NCBI RefSeq assembly: GCF_020745735.1
Contig: NC_083442.1
Coordinates: 33,080,072-33,144,071, forward strand
DNA length: 64,000 bases
DNA from: Hemiscyllium ocellatum
Taxonomy: Eukaryota
Direction: 5' to 3'
Under the pieces are notes generated by a model. That model did no database searches. It was not told where the DNA came from and saw only the letters and a program-made list of their open reading frames with translations. Positions 1-12,600 of the stretch are shown piece by piece. The stretch's first letter is position 1; every line of letters begins with the position of its first letter. Made by a program: the position numbers and the translations under genes.

Positions 1-529
1 TGTGCCCTGCTGGTAACCAAGCCTCTGCCACTGGAAATGGCCAATTACATCCCTCTTCCTGCTGAAATGAATTCATTCTGTGCAACCTAGAGACTGAATC
101 CAGAGGCTTCTGGCTCTTATCGTGCAGTGAACCAATAGGAGAGGTCAGTTCTTGGTCTTGCTGACAATCCTGGCACTAAGTATACTCCCTTTGGATTGAC
201 AAGGCTCTAATTTCTCCATTACAGAAGTTCAATATTTCAAATACATTTTTAAAATAAAAGCAAAAAATACTGGAAATAATCAGCTAGTGATGCAGCAGCT
301 GTGAAGAGAGAGAGAAAGAGTTAACGTTTCTGTTAGTGATGCTTCATCAGAATTCTGCTCCTCTCTATATTACCAGCATTTTGTTTTTTTTTAAAACTCA
401 GAGCTTCAGAGCCTGCAGCATTTTGCTTTTGTATTAAAATTTAAAATGCAGCTTCATGAGAACAATCATACAATAATGTCAATAGAGGAATTGCAGGAAT
501 AATTCATGATACCAGATAATTAGTGTTAC

Positions 530-646
530 CTTTCTCTTTACCCAGGAACCTTAGCGCTGCAATTTCTGAAAAAGTGCAGCCTCCAAGAAACACCACAAGA
601 ATGACTCGTTGCACATTGCAAGAATACCCTGCATCCATGGATCTTT
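530..646 (-). CDS. VPS33B: VPS33B exon 22
   Basis: [39 protein letters not shown], 117 nt. Confidence 0.94.
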
Positions 647-3600
647 CTATAAAAACCAAGAACAGCACTTTAAATACATTATCAACAGTGCAACAACTTA
701 GGATTATATCACAACACTTCTTACAAAATATATGTTGCCTCCAATTCCTTCCATCTCTCAATGTAAAAGATAAATTTGCCATGTTCCCAGAGGAAAACAG
801 AATAGCCCTCTCATTGATCAGCCATGATCATATTGAATGGCGGTGCAGGCTCGAAGGGCTGAATGGCCTACTCCTGCACCTATTGTCTATTGTCTATTAA
901 AGAGGACTGTTTTTGTTTAACCCGAGGATCAACAGATCTCAGATGAGGAGTAAACTTGAGAAGGTGGAAGCTTCATGGTAATCTCAGCTGACTTGGAAAC
1001 TGTTGCTGCCTCTGATGCCTTACAATTCTATCAGTAATTTACACTAGGGGAGAAAACGGTGGTAATGAGGAATCGCTGATTAACCACACTTTCAGCCAGT
1101 GTATTCCAGACACTAATCACTCACTGCATGATAAAAGCTTTTTCTAAAACTGATTTTGCTTCTTTTGCAACTTATTTAAAATCGCTGCCCTCTCATTCTT
1201 GATCTGTTTGCCTGTGGGAAGTTTCTCCCTAACTATATTGTCCTGTCCTGTGTTTGAATACTTCTATCAGACCTGATCTCAGTCTTTTCTGCTCCAATGA
1301 AAACAATCCTAACTTCTCCAATCAATCTTCACAACTGAAATTTCTATGTTGTTATTAGTAAAGCTGAGAATACTGTATGTTTTATAACTGCCCTTTCCAC
1401 CTGTCTGGCCACCTTTATTGGCATGTGGACCCACACCCCCATTAGAGTAGTACCCTTTATTTTATGTTATCTACTCCTGTTCTCCTGACTAAAATGAATC
1501 ATCTCCCATTTCTCTGCATTGAATTTCATCTGCCAGCTGTCTGCCCATTCCACTGTCAATGGAATAATGATAGAGGCCTGCGTTAATGGTCTGGCAACAT
1601 GGCTTTAATTCCCACCACAGCTGCTAGTGGAACTTAACTTCAATTAATTTTTAAAAATCTTGAATATAAAACTAATCTCAGTAGGGATGACCAAATCAAC
1701 TATCTTAATTGTTGTAAAAATCCATCCACTTAACTAACTTCCTTTTGGGGAAGGAAATTTGTCATCTTTTCCCTCTAAGTGGCTCTCGACCCAAAACAAG
1801 TTGATTTACTCCTGGAAAGCCACTCAGTTCAATGCCAATTAGCAGTGGGAAATAGACAGCAACATCCTATGAAAGGACAAAAAGACGATGACTAATTATT
1901 TATGTACAAGCCTCGATGGGAAAATCATCACAGGTTACTCTCCTGTTGAGGAAATGCAAGTCTATACTCAGATATCCAGTCCCAGTGTTATCCCCATACA
2001 CAAAGCTTCAGCAAGCTGTTACAAGGCTGTAAATGTCCATAAGACACCAACACTTGCAAGTATCCCTTTAAGCCACACATCATCCTGACTTGGAAATATA
2101 TCTTTGCTCCTTCACTGTTACTGGATCAAAATTCTGGAACTTTCTCTGTTAAGGCACTGTGGGTCTTCCAGAGTGCACCAGTTCGAGTGGGCAGCTCGTC
2201 ACCAACCTCTCCAGGGCAGTTTGGGAAAGGTGATAAACGTTGATCCAACCAGCAATGCCCAAATTTCACAAATGGATAAAAAGAAAAGAATCTGTCCAGC
2301 AACCCTCAGCATCTTCAGAAGAGGGCTGAGACCACAAGGTGGAGGAACAGAAGACAGTGCAACTGCTAATGGAACTTTGGAGAGCACAGCATGCCATCAA
2401 ATCTGAACCATTTATAGTCTTACCTATAGTGATAAATTCATTGTTGTTTAGTAATCGTGACACCTCCTCCATTCCTGTCCAGCTGTCACGCTCTAGCACC
2501 TGATATCATACACAACATGGGGCAGAGAGAAAAACAGCATGACATGCATTTATATAGCACCTGCATCACAGCAAAATACTCCAAGGATCAGCATAAAAAT
2601 AGAAACAACACGTTGGTCAGAAGTAAAGGAAGTGACTAGACATCAGAGGAAAAGATGGGAGAGATAAAGCATGTTGAAGGGTATGCTGGTTGAAGGCAAT
2701 GCCTCTGACAGTGTGCACCAACACACTAGAGTTGAAAGCACTTGATTCTGAAGCTGAGGATGATATTGCAACAATGTATTACAAAGTAATTTAGCAATAG
2801 GATGGTCACAGACACATACAAAAAGAACACTCATGACTAAGTTCTTCATTTACAACTTGTGCTTGCTGTGATAATCAATGTTCAGAAAATATATTTACAC
2901 CCTACTAAATCAACTTATTTAACAACAATCAAATACATTGCTTAAATACCCAGCTTCATTTAAATTTAGTTAAATAGATTATTTTTCATTGTAGTCTCAC
3001 TCAAGTACAAGACAAGTGAGTTTATTCCCTCTCCTGTGTAGTTGTAAACATTTGTGTCATGTATTAGAGTGCACATAACTCACCTGTTCTATAATCTTGC
3101 AGCTCAATGGAATGTATGCACCACTGAATACATAGGCCATATCCCGTGGAACCTTCAAATCATACTCTTCTTCAGTGCGGGGTATCTGGAAAGGGACAGA
3201 AAATGCTGAATTCAACAGCATGAGAACACAAGAGGAAAAAGTGAAGCAGGTTTCAGTAGACTGCACATTTCTATCATGGTCTGTTAGTTTAATATTATCA
3301 TAATTATTCAGCTCTTCTTTGAAACCTTTCCCCTGTCCCTGAGTATATTCTCTGTAACTACAAAGTTGAAGAAAGAAGTTTTCTTTTTGTAAGCCTACAT
3401 TTCACTGAGGAGGCTTCATTCAATCTCACATCCAACAACCTGCTTTGAAACTTTGCTCACATTTTGACAGCTGTGATATTATCCTCCACAGCAGCTGAGA
3501 CAACCCATAACATTCCAAACTAATCAACAGGATTTAAATTAAATAAATTTTCTAAAAGGAAAAAGTCAATTCTGCCTAATTTTCAACTTTAATGGATCCA

Positions 3601-6600
3601 TTAAAAATCCCCAGATCCTAGGTGCTTGCCTCCAGAAAAGCTAACGAGTTCTTTGTGAGTCACACCTTGTCTGTGTACCAAGTTTCATTAAACATACCCA
3701 CGTTTCAGTCTTGGAGATCTGTTATTTACAATTAAAGTAACAGGGCTAAACCAATGCTTCTTCCAGTGGAAGTCAGTTGAAATGATCAGAATAGTGAAAG
3801 AGGCCTTTAACCAGCTCATTCTATGCCATGTTTGCTCTAGATTGTGACATATTAGTAAAAATCACTGGACCAGTAATCCACAGTCCCTGACTAATGCTGG
3901 TGGAATTTTGAATTCAAATTAATAAATCTAGAATATAAAGATAGTCTCAATAGCAATGATCATGACAACTATCATTGATCATCATTTAAAAAGAAAAATA
4001 GTTCCCTGTCCTTTAGGGAGCTTTCTCAGCCTCCAGATCCACACACTCAACTGTCCTTTCCAATGTCTCACTAATGTCATTTTAAGGGTAATCAGGGATG
4101 GGCCATTGCCAGCAACACACACATCCCATGAAAAAATAAAGAAACAAAAGTCAATAAAGAGTACAGTGAATTTCCCATAATGTGGAAGTACAAATTTAAT
4201 GAAAATAAAACAAATAAACAGAAATACAATAAGTCTGGTTGAAGATTTGTAGCTCGGGTGTCCGTTGTGGTTCTGTTTGCCGAGCTTGAAGTTTTTGCTG
4301 CAAACGTTTCGTTTCCTGGCTAGGGAACATCATCAGTGCTATTGGAGCCTCCTGTGAAGCGCTGCTTTGATGTTTCTTCCGGTATTTATAGTGGTTTGTT
4401 CTTGCCGCTTCCGGGTGTCAGTTTCAGCTGTAGTAGTTTGTATGTGGGGTCCAGGTTGATGTGTCTGTTGATGGATCTTCTTGCCGTTTCCGGGTGTCAG
4501 TTTCAGCTGTAGTGGTTTGTATATTGGGTCCAGGTCTATGTGTCTGTTAATGGAGTTTGTGGATGAATGCCATGCCTCTAGGAATTCCCTGGCTGTTCTC
4601 TGTCTGGCTTGTCCTATGATGGTAGTGTTTTCCCAGTCAAATTCATGTTCCTGGTTGTCTGAGTGTATGGCTACTAGGGATAGCTGGTCGTGTCGTTTTG
4701 TGGCTAGCTGATGTTCGTGGATGCGGATTGTTAGCTGTCTTCCTGTTTGTCCTATATAGTGTTTTGTGCAGTCCTTGTATGGTATTTTGTAGACTACGTT
4801 AGTTTGGCTCGTGCTGGCTATTAGGTCCTTTGTTCTAGTGAGTTGTTGTCTGAGTGTGGAAGTTGGCTTGTGGGCTGTTATGAGTCCTAAGGGTCGCAGT
4901 AGTCTGGCTGTCAGTTCTGAGACGCTCCTGACGTATGGTAGTGTGGCTAGTCCTTTTGGTTGTGGCATGTCCTCGTTCCGTGGTCTATCTCTTAGGCATC
5001 TGGTGATAAAGTTGCGTGGGTATCCGTTTTTGGCGAATACCTTGTATAGGTGTTCCTCTTCCTCTTTTCGCAGTTCTGGTGTACTGCAGTGTGTTGTGGC
5101 TCTTTTGAATAGTGTCCTGATGCAGCTTCGTTTGTGTGTGTTGGGGTGGTTACTTTCATAGTTTAGGACTCGGTCTGTGTGTGTTGGTTTCCTGTGTACC
5201 CTTGTGGTGAATTCTCCATTGGGTGTTCTCTCTACTAACACGTCTAGGAATGGGAGTTGGCTATCCTTTTCCTCTTCTCTCGTGAATCGTATTCCTGTGA
5301 GTGTGGCGTTGATGATTCGGTGTGTTTTTTCTATGTCTGTGTTTTTGATGATTACAAAGGTGTCATCGACGTATCTGATCCAGAGTTTGGGTTGGATTTG
5401 TGGTAGGGCTGTATGTTCTAACCTTTGCATAACTGCCTCTGCTATGAGTCCCGAGATTGGTGATCCCATGGGTGTTCCGTTGATTTGTTCGTATATCTGC
5501 ACAAAACACTATATAGGACAAACAGGAAGACAGCTAACAATCCGCATCCACGAACATCAGCTAGCCACAAAACGACACGACCAGCTATCCCTAGTAGCCA
5601 TACACTCAGACAACCAGGAACATGTATTTGACTGGGAAAACACTACCATCATAGGACAAGCCAGACAGAGAACAGCCAGGGAATTCCTAGAGGCATGGCA
5701 TTCATCCACAAACTCCATTAACAGACACATAGACCTGGACCCCACATACAAACTACTACAGCTGAAACTGACACCCGGAAGCGGCAAGAACAAACCACTA
5801 TAAATACCGGAAGAAACATCAAAGCAGCGCTTCTCAGGAGGCTCCAATAGCACTGATGATGTTCCCTAGCCAGGGAACGAAACGTTTGCAGCAAAAACTT
5901 CCAGCTCGGCGAACAGAACCACAACAGAAATACAATAACTGCTATACTGCTCAGTCAGAAGTAGATTTAAAATATCAAATTGAAAAATAGTCATTGTACC
6001 CTTTAAATATGCTCGCTGCAATACAACCATCATCAAATCTGTTCAATCCATTCAATGAGTTAAAGGAGTAAGAAATCACATTGAATTTTGTCAGGCTGTT
6101 TCACCATGGAGAACATCACAACTAAGCTGAACCCTATCCTCATGTATATAATCCAGTTATTGAACAGTGATCAGTGACCTTCCTGGCTTAATAGCATAAA
6201 GTATCACCCAACTCAGCTCAAACCAAACCAGACATAATCCCGCTGAGGGTATTGGTCAGTTTTCAAGTGAAAACAAATGAAAGACTTGTATTTATTTAGC
6301 ATTTTTCACAACCAGTGAACATCTCACGTTCCCTATTACCAATTGCATATTTTCAAAGTGTGGTCACCATTGCAATTTAGGAAACTTGACAACCAGTTTG
6401 TAGACAGGAAGCTCACAAATCAGGTATGTAATGATGGCCAGCTATTTTTGCGATATTAATTGATGGATAAATATTGGTCAAGAAAGCAGGGAAACACCCT
6501 CTTCCCCCAGCTTCTAGTGCTTACCAGATTCAGTCGTTTGCTCAAAGCTCTGAAATGACTTTTCCTGGCCAGAGATGAAAAGGCATCAGTCAATTTCCCT

Positions 6601-9600
6601 GAAATAGAATAATTTATTTAATTTCCAGTCATTATGTAAAATTACCACAGAAACAAACCTGCAAATACATGCAATAGAAATGGGACCCAGAGGAACATAG
6701 TGTTGGAATTACAATGTATGGTGACACAAATGGGTCAGTGGATTAGAATAGTTAGGTAGTTGTTTCTGTCCGACACAGATCTGATGGGATAAAGGGCCTT
6801 TTTTTTGGTATTGTACACTTCTGTGATGTAATGATGACAGCTGCCTTGAGCTTGTACTATTCACAGCTTTGTAGCCATCGGCAAGATTGAATTTTGCAAC
6901 CAAACAGACAGACAGCTATGGAATACATTTAGCATGAGAGATGGTGGGTTGTTTCATCATGAGAGTCACCACAAGCCCAATCCTAACTTCGCCCAATGGC
7001 CATACAGGTAAAAATAAGTAAATCGTTTCACTGTTTGGTTTCAGGAGATTACAAGACATTTCACAGTCACTGAAACATGTTTGCAGTTCAGTCGCTGTTG
7101 TAATGAAGAACATTAAATTGCGTATAATAAAACGACTTAGTCTTTTAGAGTTCAGAATATCATTAAATAATCCTGTTATGATCTCCCAATGTCTGATATA
7201 TCACCATCTTATGTTTCCAGTGTCCCCTTACCGACTGCTTTGTCCGTCACAAGCTTTCCCATTGTGCTCTCCACTGCAGTCAATGTCTCTCCAGGCTGTT
7301 GTTCTGTTAGCAGTCCAATTTGTTTCAGGTTGGCGAACGTAAGGATGTGATCATAACCATAACTCTGAACAGAAATAAATGCGAACAGAGTTACAGATCA
7401 GGCTGGTAAAGTGCCAAAGGGAAGCAGTCTGTTAACTGTGGTTAGATATACTGTACACAACTATAATAAAATGTACAGTCAGGGTACAAATCCCACAAAA
7501 GCTTTAATTAGAAATTGTCCCTTGTACGATCAGATACCACTCAGTCTGGTTTTAGAGATCACTGCATTACACCAGAAGTCAAATTTCCCACAATAATGAA
7601 GGTCTTGATGAATTTGTGTTATTAACAGACCATGTCCCAGTTCACAAAATCAGGAATTGTAAAACCCGTTTCTTTATAGTCAATGAAGACAAGATAGTCT
7701 GAGCTGACATACGTTTACACCATATCAAGGTGATCAATAATGGATGGTGACTGAGGTCGGCTGTGGAGTAAATATCACTGCTTACTTCAATCACATTAAG
7801 CCTGGGTTGGGTGTCGGAACACATTGTCAATGTCATAGTTGGATATATAATGCATCAATCAATCAAAGACTCTAGGTGTGGATATCACATTCACCCTTGG
7901 TTTAATATATCAGTCGCCATGAATAAATGAATTGGCAACCCTGCAAAGTGAGGAGTCCACCCATGGGACTGATAGAATACAGCAGTTCTACATAATGTAC
8001 TCTAGACAATTGTGATTTAACTACTATGTCAACATGATCCATTGAAGCAGATCCTATTGCAATACTGATGCCTCCAGAACTTTAAAGGAATATATCCTCC
8101 ATTATTGCTACTGCAGGACAAATGTAGAGGTAGAGACCACTGTCTTCTTGGATATGACTGTATAGTCAGGTTGAGCAACATTTCTTCCTGACCTCTTCCA
8201 CTCCTTTCGTCATCACTTCACACCTTCTAGCTGTCAACCTCTGTGACCTCTCCATCTTTAGCTTTCCTCCAATCCCCTAATCCATAGGTGTTTCTCATAT
8301 GCTTGTGAAAATTCTTTCCTAATCTTCAAGAAAGGACAGTTGATAAAAGATAAAGTTATGATTTGTAGCCTCTAACCAGCATAATGGAAAATATTTTTCC
8401 CTTAGTCCATAGCATCAAAATTAGCTCAGTGGGAAGCACTGACAGCAGTGGATCAAAAGGTTGACAGTTCAAATCCCAGGAGTGGAACTTGAACAAGTAA
8501 TCCAGGCTGATGCTCAAGTGGAGGACAACAGGATGAAGGCCCACCATCACTGTTTCAATATTGCCCACAGCCCAAGGACAAAACATAATCCAACTAGCTC
8601 ACATTCATGATCACTGCTGTATCAATGATATCTTTCTTTGCCTACCTGCAAATACTGAGTTTTCAATGACCGATAATCCTTAGAAATCAATCCTGAGGGG
8701 AAATAACACAAACACACAAGATCATCAGAAGAAAAGTAGCAAACGCAAAGTCTGAATGACTCCACAAACAATCAAGGTATTTTTCAATATATAATTTCAG
8801 TTACATCACACCGTAAATTTTTGCTATAAATTCTGTGTCTTACAACTGTGTCCTCCACAACCACGTGATGAAGGAGTGGAGCTCCGAAAGCTAGTGTGCT
8901 TCCAATTAAACTTATTGGACTATAACCTGGTGTTGTGTGATTTTCAACAAAGTCTGAAGTGAAGACAGAAAATGTGACATGGCCAAGACAGCCTGTCAGC
9001 ATCTCGAATGAGAATGGATAGGGGAATGTTTCAGGAAAGGATCCTTCATTAGAGAAAAGATCCAGATATATAAAGCAGGGAAGCTTAAACGCCAATTAAA
9101 AAGAAATGTCCAAAATAATTTGCTTGTGCTCTAACTCGTCTTTAAGATTAAGACATGGGTGCTCATTTAGGCTTCAAACGCTTCAAACTTACCATTTTCT
9201 GTCAGTGAAAGGAGACACATCAGCCGAAGACTCTCAAGTGGCGAAATCTGAAAGATCAAAATGATTCAGGCATGAACAGGATGTGGGTGGTAACAGTTGC
9301 CTGTAAAGTTTGTAAACATAAAACACCAGGCTCAGAAGTTTGTTATTCTTCTGCAAAGCACTTTTCTTGCCTCCCAACCAACAATACATCAACTAAATTA
9401 CCTTCCACTAGTTCGTCCACGTGTGTACGTCTTAACAGCAAGTGGTGGTTGGGTATTGAGCTAATTGTGGGGCAAAACACAGCCAGGTTCACACCTCTCC
9501 AATGGCACTGCAACTTTCACCACCTGTCTCAGCAACTCACAACGGAATGGGAATTAAACTTGGGTCCTTGTTGATCTGTTTAGTTACTTAAACAGTGTTT

Positions 9601-12600
9601 TTACTGACGTATCGTTACTGAAGTTTTAGTCTTATGCAACAAAATTGTTAGCACACTTTTAGTACACTTTCCAAGTGTACACTCTGTGGAAATACCAATT
9701 ACAGACAATCCACAAAACAGTATTATAGCTATTTTACTGTGAGGAATGACCATTACTGAAATATGTTTCACAGAACCTCTGAAAATGAAGTGACCTGCCC
9801 AGTACTGGTGTATTATCCAATAATTACTCACAATTAATAATACCCATTCTAACTGTTACAATACGTTTTTACACACACATAATTTCTTGTATATTCTGAA
9901 CATGACTATCTCAATCTCAATAGCTGTACTTCAGGGTGAATGAGTGACTGAAAACCTTGTATACTAATGTACCTGCCGGTTAATGTGCTCCTCAACACAG
10001 CTGGTGCTCTCTCGGATCTCAAATCCCTCTAATAGTGCTGTAGAGGAAAAGTCAGTCCATGAACAAAACACCAATGAAAAGCACAAGAAAGAATTTCAGA
10101 AAACTAGAAAATGAACGAAAGGCAAGTTAAACCTGGGTACACTTTGACAAGAGAATGCTTGCAAAAGGTACAGACATACAACAAAACGTCTTCACTGTTA
10201 TCTGTATAGCTTCCTGATATTACCTCCTAAAATGAGACATTCCTGGTATCAGAAGTTGTCCCTCCTATGATACACTCGGCAACTTGCCATTGGAATTTTA
10301 AAAATCTATTAATTTCTGATATAAAGAAATTCCCAGAATTGTCCTAATATGTGAAATGCGGTTCCAAATCATAGTTTGCCCCTTTGTACTAACAATATCA
10401 TCAATAATTTCAACACAATAAGTCTCTTAGATTCTCTGTGATTTTATGCAGAAATTATGATTCATCGCACTGCAGCCTGACCCACAATCTTTGTCTGGAA
10501 ACTCCAGACTGCGGAATTCTCTCTCATCTTTGATTTACAGTTTTAAATGCTTTATTAATCACGCTCCCTCAATTGTTTTATTTCTTTTCTATTTTCTGGC
10601 CGCCATCTTGATACTTTGCAGACCCCACCATTTGACTTTGATTCCTTAATGTACAACAAAGTAGCTGTCCTGTGATAACTGAGTTGCTGCCCACTGGTTA
10701 GAATTCTCTGAGATCCACACCATGTTCAGACTTCAGCAGCTCCTGAAAGTCTTGTTTCGTTTTCTTTTTCATAATTGACTCACATGCTCCAATATCTAAA
10801 AGAAAAACAAACCAATAAAGTATTAGTCGCTGACATAGAGTTTGTCCAGAAAAGCAGAAGAACAACATACATGCTGCAAGAACAATACTTTAGCAAGCAG
10901 GTTGTTAATCCACAGAACTATCTCCCTAGGGGCATAGCATTTGGAATTTGTGTTGATTCGTTCAAATTAGGTAAATTTCTTGCATGAAATGGCACGGAGA
11001 TTCATTACATGAGCAACTCGAGTCATGATGTGTGGCAGGGCAACATGCTCAGGATGAACACATGACTTTGAATTTATTCTTGCCACATCTCTCTAGCATT
11101 TTCCTAATCTCTTGTCTGATGTAAACACACTGACAGATACTGATCACTGTATTTGATCAATAACTCCCATTATCACTGTATCCTGTGATCATCAGGATGG
11201 TGGAAGGTAAACTAGTTGAATATTAGTTTTTTTTAACCTAGCAATTCCTGTATTATAAAATATAAGAGGTCATTTCATCTGCTATTTTAGAGGTCCTATT
11301 GTTTAGGGGCAGAGATAAAATTTGAACCTTAAAAACAATTCAAAAATGCAACGCCTAATTCGTCTGACATAAATCATTATTTCCAGTGGCTTCCCACATG
11401 TATATCTTGCCTGCCCCAAGCTGTGCTAACTTGCTCTTTGCCTCTCCTAAAAACAATAAGACTGAAAACAGATATTCACCTCAGAAGCTCTGCTGGTTCA
11501 GCTCCCCTATGTAAATTCTCCAGCAGGGGTTCTTTCTCATTGACCAGGAGGGTTTGCGAGGGAAGGGGTGGGAGGGGAGCAGCGGGGAAGGTCTGGACTA
11601 ATCCTTTAATTACAGCCTCATTGAGACTAGGGATGACCAGACCATGCTCCGGTCTCATTATCACTCAGTACCAAATCACGTATAATCAAACATAGAAATG
11701 CCAAGAACAAAATAAAACTGCTGAGGCTCATCTAGTTAACCTCACGCCTTCCTAGCTGCAACAAAAACATAATTATTGACTGATCATAGCAATCAACCTC
11801 AACTGATTTGTCTACAACAGGAAACATACACTCCTATCATGACTTAAAATAATAAACTCTTTTGACAGTTCTAGTTTTCATAGCTGAAATCTTGACGAGA
11901 ATCCAAGGAACTAATGGCACTAGGGGACATTACTATACCATGTGAATACTCACTGCTGGGAAAGGTCCTCAAAATGGATTCAACTAGTGGTTAAAGGAAA
12001 GATCTGTATTTATAATGAGCCAGATTTCCCCAGGTTTGGTAACCACAGTCAGGCTGCCACTCTACAATTTTTCACATTAAGAGCAAGCTCCACATTTCTG
12101 AAAGGAGGTTCCAACCTCGGCTTCTTCAGAATCATGAACTCTGCTTTAAATCTAACAGGTCCCTCAGACAGCAAGATAGTCAGAGGAAGGGAAACCACAG
12201 CCCCTTTTTCACAGCAGTCCTTCATCTATTCCATTATTTAAACAATCAGGATGGGACTGTGTAATGTTAAAAGATTAAATGGGAATATCTTTCTAGACAT
12301 TAATGTCCAGAATACTAAATATTAGACCACAAAACTGAACATTTGGAGGTGGGTGGGTGTGACATTCTGTCTCCCATCCTGATTGTTTAAATAATGGAAT
12401 AGATGAAGGACTGCTGTGAAAAAGGGGCTGTGGTTTCCCTTCCTCTGACTATCTTGCTGTCTGAGGGGCCTGTTAGATTTAAAGCAGAGTTCATGATTCT
12501 GAAGAAGCCCAGGTTGGAACCTCCTTTCAGAAATGTGGAGCTTGCTCTTAATGTGAAAAATAGTAGAGTGGCAGCCTGACTGTGGTTACCATACCTGGGA

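Larger units (their letters stand above)
4233..5925 (-). mobile_element. Penelope-like retroelement, 5'-truncated: RT C-terminus + GIY-YIG endonuclease, with inverted pseudo-LTR
   Basis: ORF 4339-5502 has [22 protein letters not shown] and VVYKI..YIGQTGR..RIHEH; 5498-5925 is an inverted copy of the 3' end; TSD AACAGAAATACAATAA at 4217-4232 and 5923-5938. Confidence 0.95.

Noticed and set aside
1-529. VPS33B terminal exon 23
   Set aside because: No YRFIFLTT-like coding sequence found on the minus strand; it must lie outside the window
4481-5924. Several ORFs overlapping the Penelope element (4481, 4811, 5177, 5557, 5718)
   Set aside because: Antisense shadows or chimaeras across the inversion junction
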